Assembly: GCA_963819655.1 (NCBI GenBank) | Contig: CAWFXA010000002.1 | Coordinates: forward strand, 544,001 to 608,000 | Source: an uncultured Chloroflexia bacterium | GTDB taxonomy: Bacteria; Chloroflexota; Limnocylindria; Limnocylindrales; CSP1-4 | DNA: 64,000 nucleotides | Direction: 5' to 3' | Shown: positions 19,460 through 30,465 of the stretch, one piece after another | How positions within the stretch are numbered: the stretch's first letter is position 1 | Layout: the number at the start of each line of letters is the position of its first letter | Made by a program: the position numbers and the translations under genes | Notes under the pieces: model-generated | Seen by the model: only the letters and a program-made list of their open reading frames with translations | What the model was told of the DNA's origin: nothing | Databases searched by the model: none

Positions 19460-21700
19460 GTGAGACCCCGCGAGACGCTCGGCTGGATCGTCGTCGCGCT
19501 CCTCTTCATCGACCTGACGTTCTTCAGCGGCGCCTCCAACTTCCTGGCGGCACCACAGTCGCGCATCCTCAACCAGGTCCTGGTCCTCGGCGCGGTCGTC
19601 GTGGCCGGGTTCGTCGCCGTTCGTCGTCGCTCCGACCTGCGGTCGCCGCTCCTGCTGCCCGGCGCGGCCTGGGTGGCGGCAGTCGCCATCGCGACCCTCA
19701 CGAGCCAACGGCCCGCGGCGAGCCTCGAGGCGCTCGCCCTTCTCCTGCTCTGCGCCCCGGCCTATCTAATCGTCAAAGCGGTGCTCGCGGACCCAGCGCT
19801 TCGGCCGCGGATCGACTGGCTGGTCATCGTCGCGACGACTGTGTTCGTCGTCGCGTATCTGCTCCAGGCGCTCACCCAGTGGGCATCGTGGTGGTCGATC
19901 GCGGGCCTATCGATCCCACCGCTCCGCCCCGGCGACGTCGGGCTGACCGTGGGCACCGTCAACGCCGTCGCCCTGTACCTCGAGCTGCTCGCGCCGATCG
20001 CCGTCTGGCTGTCGTGGGTGCGCTGGCGGTCCCGACCATTCAGCATCGGGCTTGCGGTCCTCGCCGCTTTCGCCCTGCTCGTGACCGGTTCACGCGGGGC
20101 CTGGCTCGGGACCATCGGGGGCGCCGTGGTCCTCGGTCTCCTGGCGTGGCGCAGCGGGCGTGTCTCGATCCCGCAACGGCTGCGCTCCCGGCAGGGGTCG
20201 CTCCTCGTGATCGCACTGGGACTGCTGGGCGTGCTGCTCCTACCAGGTTCTGGTCGGGCGGATGCTCAGCGGCGACGCCGGGCGGGTCGAGCTGTGGTCG
20301 GCGGCGTGGTCGATGTTCGCCGGCTCGCCGATCACGGGCGTCGGCCCAGGCGCGTGGCCAAGCCTTCGGGCGTTGACGCCGATCTCGGACGACAACCTCG
20401 CCGTCCTCGCGACCAGTCACAACAGCATCCTGCAGATCCTCGCCGACACGGGGCTGATCGGTGCCCTCGCGGCTGTCTGGCTGGTCGTCGCGATCTGTCG
20501 CCTGGCGTGGCGTGCGGTCGGGCAGGCCGCGGACGCGGATGGGCGAGTCGACGGCTCTCGTCGCTTCGGCGAGCCTGGCGGCCGCCGGGCTCCACTCCGT
20601 GGTCGACATGCAGTTCCACCTTCCGGCGGTCGTGCTGCTCGTGCTCCACCTGGTGGCCCGACTCGAGCTGCTTGCCGGTGTCGCTCTCTCCCGCCAAGGT
20701 CCTGCGCCGCCGACCCGCGTCGTGCTCGGTGTCGCCGGGGCGGCCGTCGCTCGTCGGTGCCCTGCTGCTCGTCCCGATCGACCTCGCGATGGTCCGCGCG
20801 GCGCTCGGAAACAGCGCACTCGACCGGGGCGATGCCCAGACCGCGCTCGCCCAGTTCGAGGCGGCCGTCGGGCTCCACGACCTGCCTCCATACCGTCTCG
20901 GCCAGGCCATCGCGCGGGGCGAGACCGGAGACCTGGCTGGAGCTGCCGACGCCCTGGCGGCCCTCGATCGAGCCGAGCCATTCACGTTCGTGCTCGCTCA
21001 GGAGGCATCGCTCGCCGCCGATCCACGACCCTTCTGGGCGCGCGCCGACGCGGCCGGACCGTACGACCCGACGGCGACGGTGAACCTCGCCGCCGGACGG
21101 TTCTCGACGGACCGTGCTGCAGCGATCCGCGACCTGGCCGCGGCCATGGCCCAGGTGCCGCCGCTCGTGTATTCGGGACGACCGGCGAGCCTGTTCGACG
21201 ACGACGCCTGGGCGGACGCTCAAGAGGCGGCCATCGGCAGCATCGGCACTGCCGACCCGGTGACTGCCGCCGCGGTCGCACTGCTCGCCGGTCGGGCCGA
21301 GGACGCCGCCGCCCAACGATCGGCGGTCCCCGACGGCCCGGAGCGCCGTGCCTTGGATCTCCTCGCCACCGCGACCGCCGGTGGCACAGTCGACCTCGAG
21401 ACCGCTCGTGGATTGCTCAGCGAGGCGCCGGATTCGGCCGGCGTCCACACCGTGCTCTGGATGCTCGCGTTCCGGCTGGAATCCCAGCCGCTGATCGATG
21501 CGGTCAAGGCAGTCGCGGTGCCGCTCTTCTTCAACGTGCCCATCCCGCCGATGGAGCTCGTGACGGACGGTCGGGTCGACGCCGACTACTCGATGCGCCT
21601 GCCGCGCTGGCCTCAGGCGTCGGCCGGCCGGAACGGGCCCAAGCGCCCCTACATCGAGGGGTTCATCACCATCGAGCCCGTCTACCGGCCGAAGCCGTAG
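19460..21700 (+). CDS. O-antigen ligase/O-oligosaccharyltransferase-like protein (Wzy_C) with long C-terminal extension; internal frameshifts
   Basis: LLVTGSRGAWLG, GRVELWSAAWSMFAGSPITGVGPG, SHNSILQILADTGLIG, LHSVVD. Confidence 0.8.
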   Translation: MRPRETLGWIVVALLFIDLTFFSGASNFLAAPQSRILNQVLVLGAVVVAGFVAVRRRSDLRSPLLLPGAAWVAAVAIATLTSQRPAASLEALALLLLCAPAYLIVKAVLADPALRPRIDWLVIVATTVFVVAYLLQALTQWASWWSIAGLSIPPLRPGDVGLTVGTVNAVALYLELLAPIAVWLSWVRWRSRPFSIGLAVLAAFALLVTGSRGAWLGTIGGAVVLGLLAWRSGRVSIPQRLRSRQGSLLVIALGLLGVLLLPGSGRADAQRRRRAGRAVVGGVVDVRRLADHGRRPRRVAKPSGVDADLGRQPRRPRDQSQQHPADPRRHGADRCPRGCLAGRRDLSPGVACGRAGRGRGWASRRLSSLRRAWRPPGSTPWSTCSSTFRRSCCSCSTWWPDSSCLPVSLSPAKVLRRRPASCSVSPGRPSLVGALLLVPIDLAMVRAALGNSALDRGDAQTALAQFEAAVGLHDLPPYRLGQAIARGETGDLAGAADALAALDRAEPFTFVLAQEASLAADPRPFWARADAAGPYDPTATVNLAAGRFSTDRAAAIRDLAAAMAQVPPLVYSGRPASLFDDDAWADAQEAAIGSIGTADPVTAAAVALLAGRAEDAAAQRSAVPDGPERRALDLLATATAGGTVDLETARGLLSEAPDSAGVHTVLWMLAFRLESQPLIDAVKAVAVPLFFNVPIPPMELVTDGRVDADYSMRLPRWPQASAGRNGPKRPYIEGFITIEPVYRPKP

Positions 21701-21703
21701 GGA

Positions 21704-22924
21704 TCAGACGGCGGTCGCCACCGCGTCGACGACGCGGTCGACCTGCGTGTCGGTCATGCCCGGCCAGATCGGCAGGCTGATCGCGCCGGCGTAGGCGGCC
21801 TCGGCGTTCGGGAACTGTCCCGGTCGATAGCCCATCCGCCGGTAGAGCGGGTGCAGATGCAGCGGGATGAAGTGCACGCTCACGCCGATGCCCGCGGTCG
21901 TGAGCGCATCGATGGCCCGCGCCCGTCGTGACGCGAGCGATCGCAGGGACTCCGGCAGACCCGCCACACCGGGCAGGTCGAGGTCCACCTCGTCGGGGGT
22001 CTGCGCCTCGGGACCGATGCGGACGACGAACAGGTGCCAGGCGTGGCCGGGATCGTCGATACCGGGCGGGAGCACGAGGCGTCCTTCGTCCGCGCACTGC
22101 GCCAGCCGTTCAAGGTATCGCCGCGCGATGGTCGCCCGCGCCGCGCGCAGCTCCGCAGCCCGCTCGAGCTGGACGAGCCCGATCGCCGCGGCGAGGTCGG
22201 TCAGGTTGTCCTTGAAGCCCGCCGCCTCGATCTCGTAGTACCACGAGCCCGCGGCCGTGTACCGCTTCCAAGCGTCGCGGCCGATGCCGTGCAGGCGCAT
22301 CGTCCTCGCCCGGTCGGCCAGCGCCGCATCCTCGGTCGCGAGCATCCCGCCCTCGCCGGTCGTGATGGTCTTGGTGGCGTAGAAGCTGAAGGCGCCGGCC
22401 CGCCCGATCGTGCCCGCGAAGCGCCCGTCGAACTCCCCGACCGGCGATGGGAAGGCGTGTGCGGCGTCCTCCACGACCGGCACGTCCCCGGCCGCGTCGA
22501 GCAACCCGCGGAGGTCCGCCGGCAGGCCCCCGATATGGACGACTTCGATCGCGCGGGTTCGGTCGCTGATCGCCGCGGCGACATCCTGTGGCGCGACATT
22601 CGTCGTGGTCGGATCGACGTCCACCAGGATCGGCGTCGCCTTGAGGTACAGCGCCACCTCCGCCGATGCCGCGAACGTGTAGGTCGGCACGATCACCTCG
22701 TCCGACTCGCCGACGCCGATGCCCTCGAGAGCGAGGTGGAGTGCGGCCGTGGCGCTGTTTACGGCGACGGCGTGGCCCACGCCCGCATAGGCCGCGAAGG
22801 CTTCCTCGAACGCGACCGACCGGGCACCGGTGGTCAGCCAGCCCGACTCGAGGACGGCGATCGCGGCGTCACGTTCAGCCTCGCCGAGGGCGGGCCGGTG
22901 GAACGGGATCCGCTCGTCGGTCAC
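21704..22924 (-). CDS. DegT/DnrJ/EryC1/StrS sugar aminotransferase
   Basis: SGWLTTG, NSATAALHL, EDAAHA, FSFYATKTITTGEGG. Confidence 0.92.
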   Translation of the reverse strand: MTDERIPFHRPALGEAERDAAIAVLESGWLTTGARSVAFEEAFAAYAGVGHAVAVNSATAALHLALEGIGVGESDEVIVPTYTFAASAEVALYLKATPILVDVDPTTTNVAPQDVAAAISDRTRAIEVVHIGGLPADLRGLLDAAGDVPVVEDAAHAFPSPVGEFDGRFAGTIGRAGAFSFYATKTITTGEGGMLATEDAALADRARTMRLHGIGRDAWKRYTAAGSWYYEIEAAGFKDNLTDLAAAIGLVQLERAAELRAARATIARRYLERLAQCADEGRLVLPPGIDDPGHAWHLFVVRIGPEAQTPDEVDLDLPGVAGLPESLRSLASRRARAIDALTTAGIGVSVHFIPLHLHPLYRRMGYRPGQFPNAEAAYAGAISLPIWPGMTDTQVDRVVDAVATAV

Positions 22925-24886
22925 GCGGGGATCCGCGCCGGCGCCGGGTCCAGCCGATCCAGCGCCGTTCGCAGCGCCACGCGGCTGGCGGCATGGTCGC
23001 CGCTCGCGCCGACCGCGACCAGCTCCTCGAGCGCGGTGAGCACGTCCTCCGGTTCGCGGTCCGAGGCGGTCGCAGCACGGACGCGCAGCACCTTCGGGTG
23101 GGCGGTCGGCTCGAAGGACTCGGCCTCGTAGAACAAGGATTCGTGCAACTTTTCGCCCGGCCGGAGCCCGATGTACCGGATCGGGACGGAGTCAGGGTCA
23201 CGGCCGGCGAGGCGCGCGAGGTCACGAGCCAGGTCGACGATCCGGACCGGGTCGCCCATGTCGAGCACGAAGAGGTCGCCCGGATCCCCGAACAGCGAGG
23301 CCTGCAGGATCAGCCGCGACGCCTCCGGGATGGTCATGAAGTAGCGCGTCATCTCGGGGTCCGTGATGGTCAGCGGGACGCCCTCGCGAAGCTGTCGCTG
23401 GAAGAGCGGCACGACACTCCCCGACGAGCCGAGGACGTTGCCGAACCGGACGGCGACGTAGCGGACGGCCAGACTGGCGGGCGGCCGCCGCGACGGCGAT
23501 CTCGGCCAGTCGCTTCGTGGCGCCCATGACGGAGGTCGGCTCGACGGCCTTGTCGGTCGAGACGAGGACGAATCGTTCGACGTCGCCCTCCAGGGAGGCG
23601 CGCAGCGCGGCGACCGTCCCGCCGATGTTCGTGTACACGGCGTCGGCCGGATGGTGCTCCATCATCGGCACGTGCTTGTATGCGGCGGCGTGCAGCACCA
23701 TGACCGGGCGGTCCTCGGCGATGACCCGGCGGATCGTGTCAGGGGACGCGACGTTCGCGAGCCGGGTCTCCAGGCGCGCCCGCGGCCTGCCGTCGCGGGT
23801 TGCCGAGCCGGAGTCCCGCTCGCCCATGAGGGCCAGCTCCCGTTCGATGTCGTAGAGGGGACCCTCGGCCCGGTCGAGCAGCACGAGAGCGGCGGGGTCG
23901 ATCTCGAAGACCTGGCGGGCCAGCTCCGACCCGATCGATCCGCCGGCGCCGGTCACGAGCACGGTCTGATCGCGCACGAGATCGCGCAGACCGGGCTCGT
24001 CGATGACGACGGGCTCGCGGCGGAGCAGGTCGTCGACCTGGACCTCCCGGATCGCCGCGGCACCGAGCCGGCCCGAGACCAGCTCGTCGAGCGCCGGCAC
24101 GGTGCGCGTTTCCATGCCGAGCGCCGTGGCGTCCTCGACCGCGCGCCGGACCACGTCGCCAGAGGCGGACGGGATCGCGATGAGGAGCCGTCGGGCCCCG
24201 GTCACACGCGCGATCTCGCCCAGCTGGTCGAGCGTCCCGAGGACCTTCTGGCCGCGCATGATCTGGTTGCGCTTGCGCGGATCGTCGTCGATGAGCCCGA
24301 CGACGCGCATCCCGAGGCCGTCCTTGGCCGACGCGATCGTACGGATGACGGTCGCCCCGATGTCGCCCGCGCCATAGACCAGCGTCGGCACCAGTCCGCC
24401 CCCGCTGGCATCGATCCTCGAGCGCCGCCGATCCGGGTCGCCCGGTCGCCAGCCCTGCCACTCCATCGAGGCGCGGATCAGGAACCGGGCGCCGCCCATG
24501 CCGGCCAGCGTCAACAGCCCTTCGAGCACGAAGAACGACCGCGGGAACTGGCCGGCCGTTGTGACGGTGCCCGGCACGCCGATGGGGACGAGGACGCCGT
24601 AGAAGACGACCACGCCAGCGAGCGAGCCGGCGGCCACGACGACGGCGATGCGTGCCAGCTCACCGACGCTCGCATACGCCCAGGCGCGCGCATACAGGCC
24701 ACCGAGCACGTTGATGGGCGGCCGGACGAGCAACGGGAAGAGGGCGGCCGGGAAGTAGATCAGCGCCTCGTCCACGAAGCGCAGCGATTCGAAGCGCAGC
24801 ACCATCGCGCCGACGATCGCGAGGGCGATGACGACGAGATCGACGACGAAGAGGTGACGGCCCCGAACGCCGCCCAGGGCGGGCAT
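22921..24886 (-). CDS. Membrane-bound UDP-GlcNAc 4,6-dehydratase (PglF/WbpM/CapD family), frameshift near 23460
   Basis: N-terminal TMs, LVYGAG, VTGAGGSIGSEL, HAAAYKHVP, STDKAVEPTSVMGATK, MTRYFMTIPEA, GLRPGEKLHE. Confidence 0.9.
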
Positions 24887-24896
24887 GGCCGCCAGT

Positions 24897-25535
24897 CTAG
24901 GGGCGCCCGGTGCGCCGGAGCACCTGCCCGATGGTCATGCCCAGGATCGGCGAGGTCGCCTCGGGTCGATCGCGTCGCAAGGTACTCGGCATCCATCGCC
25001 AGCTTCGCGGGCAGAACGACTTCGCGGTAGGCCCGATCGAGGTCCTCCGCGGTCGGTTCATCGCGACCGCCTGCCCGCGCTAGCTCCCGCGGCGGCCTCG
25101 GCAAGGATCGTCTCCTCATCGCGATATGCGAGTGCGGTCGGACCCGTGATCCCCGGCAGCGCGCCGAAAGACGCGCGCGTGCAGCGGATCGGACAGGTCG
25201 ACGTATCGGGGGTCCTCGGGTCGCGGGCCGACGAGCGCCATGTCGCCGCGGACCACATTCCACAGCTGCGGCAGCTCGTCGAGCTTGGTTCGCCGGAGCA
25301 GTCGACCTATGCGCGTCACGCGTGGATCACCCGCTGCCGTCACCCCGGGACCGGACGAGGCCGTGCCCTCGTACATCGTGCGGAGCTTGTAGAGCGTGAA
25401 GGTCCCACCGGGCCGCACCCGGACAGCACGGTGGAGGGCCGGGCCGCGAGAAGTGGCCCGGATCGCCAGGCCGAGCACCGCAAGGACTGGTGCGACGACC
25501 ACCAGACAGGCGGCCGCGACCACCCGTTGCGTCAT
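24897..25535 (-). CDS. Initiating polyprenyl-phosphate sugar phosphotransferase (Bac_transf/PglC-like), frameshifted
   Basis: YKLRTM, DPRVTRIGRLLRRTKLDELPQLWNVVRGDMALVGPRPE, PGITG. Confidence 0.88.
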
Positions 25536-26263
25536 GCCGGGCACGGCGGCTTGATGAGCACCGTGCCGAGGTGCGATCGCAGGGGTGGGAGGGCGCTGAG
25601 GACCCGGTAGCGTCGCGGTCCGGCGGCGAACACGCTGCGGGACAACGGCGGCAACAGGGTCAAGGACCGAGCCGCTTGCGGCCAGTCGGGGAAGAGCGCG
25701 CGCAGCGTTCGTGATGTCACGGGCGACACGTGCCGGTTGGAGGGACTCGGGTAGCGCAGGTCATAGACGACGAGCCGTCCGCACGGCATCAGGACGCGCT
25801 CGATCTCCTTCGCGACTCGCAGCCGGAACCAGTCATCCGTGAGGGAGCTGAACAGGGTCATCGCTACGACGGCAATAGCGGCCCCGTCGTCCAGCGGGAT
25901 CTCGTCGGCACTCGCACGAACGAAGGTCGCCCATGGCACCTCCTCGCGCGCGACCGCCAGCCGAGCGTCGAGGATGTCGAGGCCGAGGAGCTGCGCGGGG
26001 CGGGCTTCGGCGTCGTCGAGCAGCCTCCCCAAGGCCCCGTCGCCACTCCCCAGATCGACGACCGTCCCGTCGATCGCCGGCCGCAGGGCCGAGACCAGCC
26101 AGGCATCCCGCTCGCGTGTCGCCTCCTGCATGCCGGGTTCCGGACGGGCCCATCGCTGGGCGTACCCGGAGCGCGTGTAATCCGCGTAGGTCGCGACCGT
26201 ATCAGCGAGGATCGCCGAGCGTCGCGCTTCCTCGTCGTCGTCAGGATGGCCCGTCGAGCTCAC
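25532..26263 (-). CDS. Class I SAM-dependent methyltransferase
   Basis: VVDLGSGDG, GLDI, RVLMPCG. Confidence 0.8.
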   Translation of the reverse strand: MSSTGHPDDDEEARRSAILADTVATYADYTRSGYAQRWARPEPGMQEATRERDAWLVSALRPAIDGTVVDLGSGDGALGRLLDDAEARPAQLLGLDILDARLAVAREEVPWATFVRASADEIPLDDGAAIAVVAMTLFSSLTDDWFRLRVAKEIERVLMPCGRLVVYDLRYPSPSNRHVSPVTSRTLRALFPDWPQAARSLTLLPPLSRSVFAAGPRRYRVLSALPPLRSHLGTVLIKPPCPA

Positions 26264-27270
26264 GCGCCGTCCCGAAGGTGTTCGACGACTCCGCGCCGAT
26301 CACGGATCCACCGCGGGGCGAAGCGCATCAGGCCCTGCCAGAACCCGAGCCCGTAGGCCAGATGCAGGGTGACGAACCCGCGGAGCAGATCGAACCAGCA
26401 CGTCGAGGGTTCCCGGAGCCGCCAGGCCGCGACCGACATGACCGCAGCGTACGGGAGCGTCGCCCCGACTAGGAGGACGATGCCCACCGGTGTGACAGCC
26501 GTCGTCGCCAGGCCGCTCGCCAGCGCTCCGACCCAGATGGGCGGGATGAGCTGCCGGGGGCGGGCGGCGCTGGGATGCTTCTGGAAGACGCGAACCTTCC
26601 ACATCGCGTACTGCCGGTATTGGCTGAAGAGGCTTGCGTAGGTTGCGCGTGGCGTGTAGTCGATGACGATCTCGGGGTCGTACCAGATGCGGCCGCCCGC
26701 GGCCGTGATCCGGCCGCTGAGCTCATCATCCTGGTTGCGCACGAGCTCCGGATCGAACAAGCCGATGCGCTCGAAGACCCACCTCGGCCACAGGCCTGGG
26801 AACGCGGTCTCCACCCACCCCGGTGTCTCCTGATAGTTGTGGGTGGCGTTGCCGACACCGAACGGGCTCGAGGTGACCTTGGCGATCGCGCGCTGGACGC
26901 TCGTGGTCCCCGACCGTCGGATGCGGCCGCCGACGCTCCACGCCGCCGTCGCTGCAAGGGCATCGACGCCCCGTCGGACGTAGTCGGGCGCGGGGCTCCC
27001 ATGCGCGCTCATGACCCCCAGGATCTCGCCGCGCGCGGCGCGGATGCCACGATTGAAGGCGGCCGGCGTCACCCGCTCCGGGTTGGCCAGGATCCGGATG
27101 CGAGGATCGCGCTCGGCGAAACCTCGCGCGATCTCGACCGTCCGATCGCCCGACTGACCGTCGATCACCAGGATCTCGAGCTGCTCGACCGGGTAGTCCT
27201 GATCGGCAAGCGCCTGGAGACACGCCGCGATCGACTCCGCTTCATCACGGGTGGGGACCACGATCGACAC
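26260..27270 (-). CDS. GT2 glycosyltransferase (ExoA-like)
   Basis: SIVVPTRDE, VIDGQSGDRT, FDPELVRNQDDEL. Confidence 0.88.
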   Translation of the reverse strand: MSIVVPTRDEAESIAACLQALADQDYPVEQLEILVIDGQSGDRTVEIARGFAERDPRIRILANPERVTPAAFNRGIRAARGEILGVMSAHGSPAPDYVRRGVDALAATAAWSVGGRIRRSGTTSVQRAIAKVTSSPFGVGNATHNYQETPGWVETAFPGLWPRWVFERIGLFDPELVRNQDDELSGRITAAGGRIWYDPEIVIDYTPRATYASLFSQYRQYAMWKVRVFQKHPSAARPRQLIPPIWVGALASGLATTAVTPVGIVLLVGATLPYAAVMSVAAWRLREPSTCWFDLLRGFVTLHLAYGLGFWQGLMRFAPRWIRDRRGVVEHLRDGA

Positions 27271-27444
27271 CGACGGATGGGATGCGGCCGAGGGATCCTC
27301 GGCGTGGCGATTCAGGGCATGCCCCCGGTCACCCAGACCATCGGCCCATGGCGCAGGGTCGGTGTGACGGCGTATCCAAGCGAGGTATCATGCCGCCGCC
27401 TCGCGTCCGGTCGATCCCTGTACCCATGGAGGCGCTCTCCGATC

Positions 27445-28423
27445 GTGGATACCCCAGAGGGTAAGCGCGTCTTCATCACGGGCGGCGCTGGATTTCATCG
27501 GCAGCCGGCTGGCCAGCACCCTGGTCGACCGGAATGAGGTCGTCGTCTTCGACAATCTCATGCGCGACTCCCTTTCGACCTCACCCGTCCGTGACCATCC
27601 GAACCTGCGGCTCATCGTCGGCGACATCATGGATGTCGACGCGCTCCGGTCGGCCATGGTCGGATCCGACATCATCGTGCACTGTGCCGGGATCGCCGGG
27701 ATCGATACTGTCACCCGAAGCCCGACCCGCACGATGCAGGTCAACATGATCGGCTCGGCGAACGTCCTCGAGGCGGCGTCATTGCTGCCGGCGGTCAGCC
27801 GCGTCATCTGTTTTTCCACGAGCGAGGTCTTCGGTCAGCACGCCTTCGAGTCGAGCGAACGAGACCGGACCGTGATCGGCGCCGTGGGCGAAGCGCGCTG
27901 GACGTATGCGGTCAGCAAGCTCGCGGAGGAGCACCTGGCCATCGCGTACTTCCATGAGCGTGGCTTGCCGTCGACGGTCGTCCGGCCGTTCAACATCTAT
28001 GGCCCTGGTCAGGTCGGGGAAGGCGCCTTGAGCATCTTCGTCCAACGTGCCATCGAGGGGCGTACGATCGAGGTTCATGGGTCGGGATCCAGATCCGAGC
28101 TTGGTGCTTCGTTGACGACATGGTCGACGCCGTGCTCCTCGCGATGGAGCATCCGGCGGCGGTGGGTGAGTCGTTCAATATCGGCAACAGGCGAAGTGTC
28201 GAGACCATCTACCGGCTCGCGACGACGGTCGTCCGCGTGACGGGTTCGTCGTCCGAGATCGTCCTGGTGGATCGCGACGAGCCAGATGTCGAGCTCCGGA
28301 TCCACCTCAGTCGACAAGGCGCGCCAAATGATCGGCTTCGATGCCAAGGTCGATCTCGAGGACGGGATCGCACGCACGGCCGCTCACTACCGCCTCCTCC
28401 GACAGCAGGCTTCCCACGCGTAA
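27445..28423 (+). CDS. NAD-dependent epimerase/dehydratase, frameshifted
   Basis: FITGGAGF, STSEVFG, YAVSK, RPFNIYGP. Confidence 0.85.
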
Positions 28424-28453
28424 ACGACAGAACCGGGCAGCAGGAACGCCCGA

Positions 28454-29848
28454 GTGCTAGCGCAATTCGGGCGGCACGCCACGGCATACGGTCTCTCGAT
28501 CCTGCTCGCTCGTGGCACGACCTTCCTTCTCGTCCCCATCCTGACGCGGTTCCTCGCGCCGGAGGAGGTCGGTCTCGTCGAGCTTGGAGCCGTTGCGATC
28601 GTCTTTGCCAATGTGATCATCAGTCTCGAGATCGGGCAGGGCCTGGCTCGCTTCGTCCCGGACGAAGCTCATGCGTCTGAGACGCGGACGATCGCCTCGA
28701 CGGCCTTGTGGTTCTCGGTCGCCGCCTACGCAGTCGCGACCGTAGTCGTTGGCATCGGCCTGATCATCGCGAGATCGACGGAGAGCTACGTGCCTGCGGT
28801 GATGCTGGCTGCAGTGACCGGAGGGCTGTTTCTCCTGGTGCAGGGGCAGCTTCGCTGGGAGCTTCGCCCCGTTCCATACGCGATCACGAGCTTCGCCTTC
28901 GCTGCTGTCACATTGATCGCCACGACCGCTCTGCTTGGCTCTGGGGCAGGTGTGATCGGTGCCTTCGTGGGACAGGCAGTCGGCGCGACGACCGGGCTTG
29001 TCCTCGCGCTTGTCGCGTCACGAGGTTCATTTGGACGCGAGTTCGATCGAAAGTGGCTCAAGAGGCTCCTGGCGTTCTCGGGTCCGCTCGTCCCTGCCAG
29101 TGTGGGAGTGCTGATCGCCCTCTATGTCGATCGGGTCGTTATCGCGACGATGCTCACGCTCGACGACGTAGCACGCTTCTCGGTCGGCCACCGGGTCGCG
29201 TCCATCGTCAGCCTGGTCATGACCGCGGTCCAGCTGGCGCTAACACCGCTCATCTATGCGAGCTACCGCCGCGCAGAAGCGCCGGCCGAGATCGCCGAGA
29301 TGTTCCGGTTCATCGTCGGCTGGGCGCTTGGGCTCTGGGTCGCCATCTCCCTCGCGGCTCCGGAGGTGGTTTCCTTGGTCGCACCAGAGACGTATCGCCC
29401 GGCAGCGACCGTCGTCCCCGTCCTTGCTCCCGCCATCATCCTATCCGGCCTGGCCGTCTTCGCCCCGGGTCTCGCGATCGCGCGTCGAACCACTCCGATC
29501 GCGTTGATCAGCATCTTCGGAGCGATCCTGAACGTCGCGCTCTGCATCCTTCTCGTGGCGACGCTCGGGATCATCGGCGCCGCACTGGCGACGCTCACGA
29601 GTGGCGCGACAGCCTTCGCGCTCACGGTCTGGTATGGCCAGCGGTATTACCCGATCCCGTATGACCTCGGTCGCATTGGCGTCGGACTCAGCGCAGTCGT
29701 GATCGTCATCGTCCTGAGCGGGGTTCCATTCGGAGCTCCCATCGGGACCGCCTGGCGGATCGCTCTAGCTGCCGCGACTGCTGCCCTCCTCGTGAGCGTC
29801 GGATTCCTCCGTCTGCCATCGCGAGTCGTTGCGGGCGCCACCTCATGA
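28454..29848 (+). CDS. wzx: Wzx-type oligosaccharide flippase
   Basis: Many TM segments; LLVPILTRFLAPEEVG, YVDRVVI, GIIGAALAT. Confidence 0.8.
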   Translation: MLAQFGRHATAYGLSILLARGTTFLLVPILTRFLAPEEVGLVELGAVAIVFANVIISLEIGQGLARFVPDEAHASETRTIASTALWFSVAAYAVATVVVGIGLIIARSTESYVPAVMLAAVTGGLFLLVQGQLRWELRPVPYAITSFAFAAVTLIATTALLGSGAGVIGAFVGQAVGATTGLVLALVASRGSFGREFDRKWLKRLLAFSGPLVPASVGVLIALYVDRVVIATMLTLDDVARFSVGHRVASIVSLVMTAVQLALTPLIYASYRRAEAPAEIAEMFRFIVGWALGLWVAISLAAPEVVSLVAPETYRPAATVVPVLAPAIILSGLAVFAPGLAIARRTTPIALISIFGAILNVALCILLVATLGIIGAALATLTSGATAFALTVWYGQRYYPIPYDLGRIGVGLSAVVIVIVLSGVPFGAPIGTAWRIALAAATAALLVSVGFLRLPSRVVAGATS

Positions 29849-30462
29849 ACGTGACCATCGTGGACTACGGCGTGGGCAACCTCGGCTCGATTCCCAACAT
29901 GCTGGCCCGGATCGGGGTCGATGCGGTCATCTCTCGCGAGCCCGCGGTGATCGGGGCGTCCGATCGTCTGATCCTACCGGGCGTCGGGGCTTTCGATGCC
30001 GGCATGGCCAGCCTCGATCGCTACGGGCTTCGGGGAATCCTCCGCGAGCGCGTGGTCGATGCCGGTGTGCCGACACTTGGGCTGTGCCTCGGTATGCATC
30101 TGTTGTTCGACCAAAGTGACGAGGGATCGATGCCCGGTCTTGGATGGATCCCAGGGCGTGTGGTCCGGTTCTCGGCCTCGCGGATGACAAGTCCTTTGCC
30201 CATCCCCAACATGGGCTGGCACGACCTAAAGGCGATCCGCGACGACCCGATGCTCGACGGCTTGGGCGAGGAGCCGAGGTTCTATTTCGCCCATTCCTAC
30301 CATGCGTCTCCTCAGGATCCTGCCGAAGTCGTTGCAGTTGCCGAGTACGGCTATGAGTTTCCGATCTGCGTTCGCCGCGGCTCGATCTTCGCGGCGCAGT
30401 TCCACCCCGAGAAAAGCCATCGGTTCGGGATGCAGTTCCTCCGCAACTTCATCGGATCCTGA
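29845..30462 (+). CDS. HisH-like glutamine amidotransferase (WbuY-type)
   Basis: DYGVGNLGS, LPGVGAF, GLCLGM, FYFAHSY, QFHPEKS; in a glycan cluster. Confidence 0.88.
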   Translation: MNVTIVDYGVGNLGSIPNMLARIGVDAVISREPAVIGASDRLILPGVGAFDAGMASLDRYGLRGILRERVVDAGVPTLGLCLGMHLLFDQSDEGSMPGLGWIPGRVVRFSASRMTSPLPIPNMGWHDLKAIRDDPMLDGLGEEPRFYFAHSYHASPQDPAEVVAVAEYGYEFPICVRRGSIFAAQFHPEKSHRFGMQFLRNFIGS

Positions 30463-30465
30463 TCG

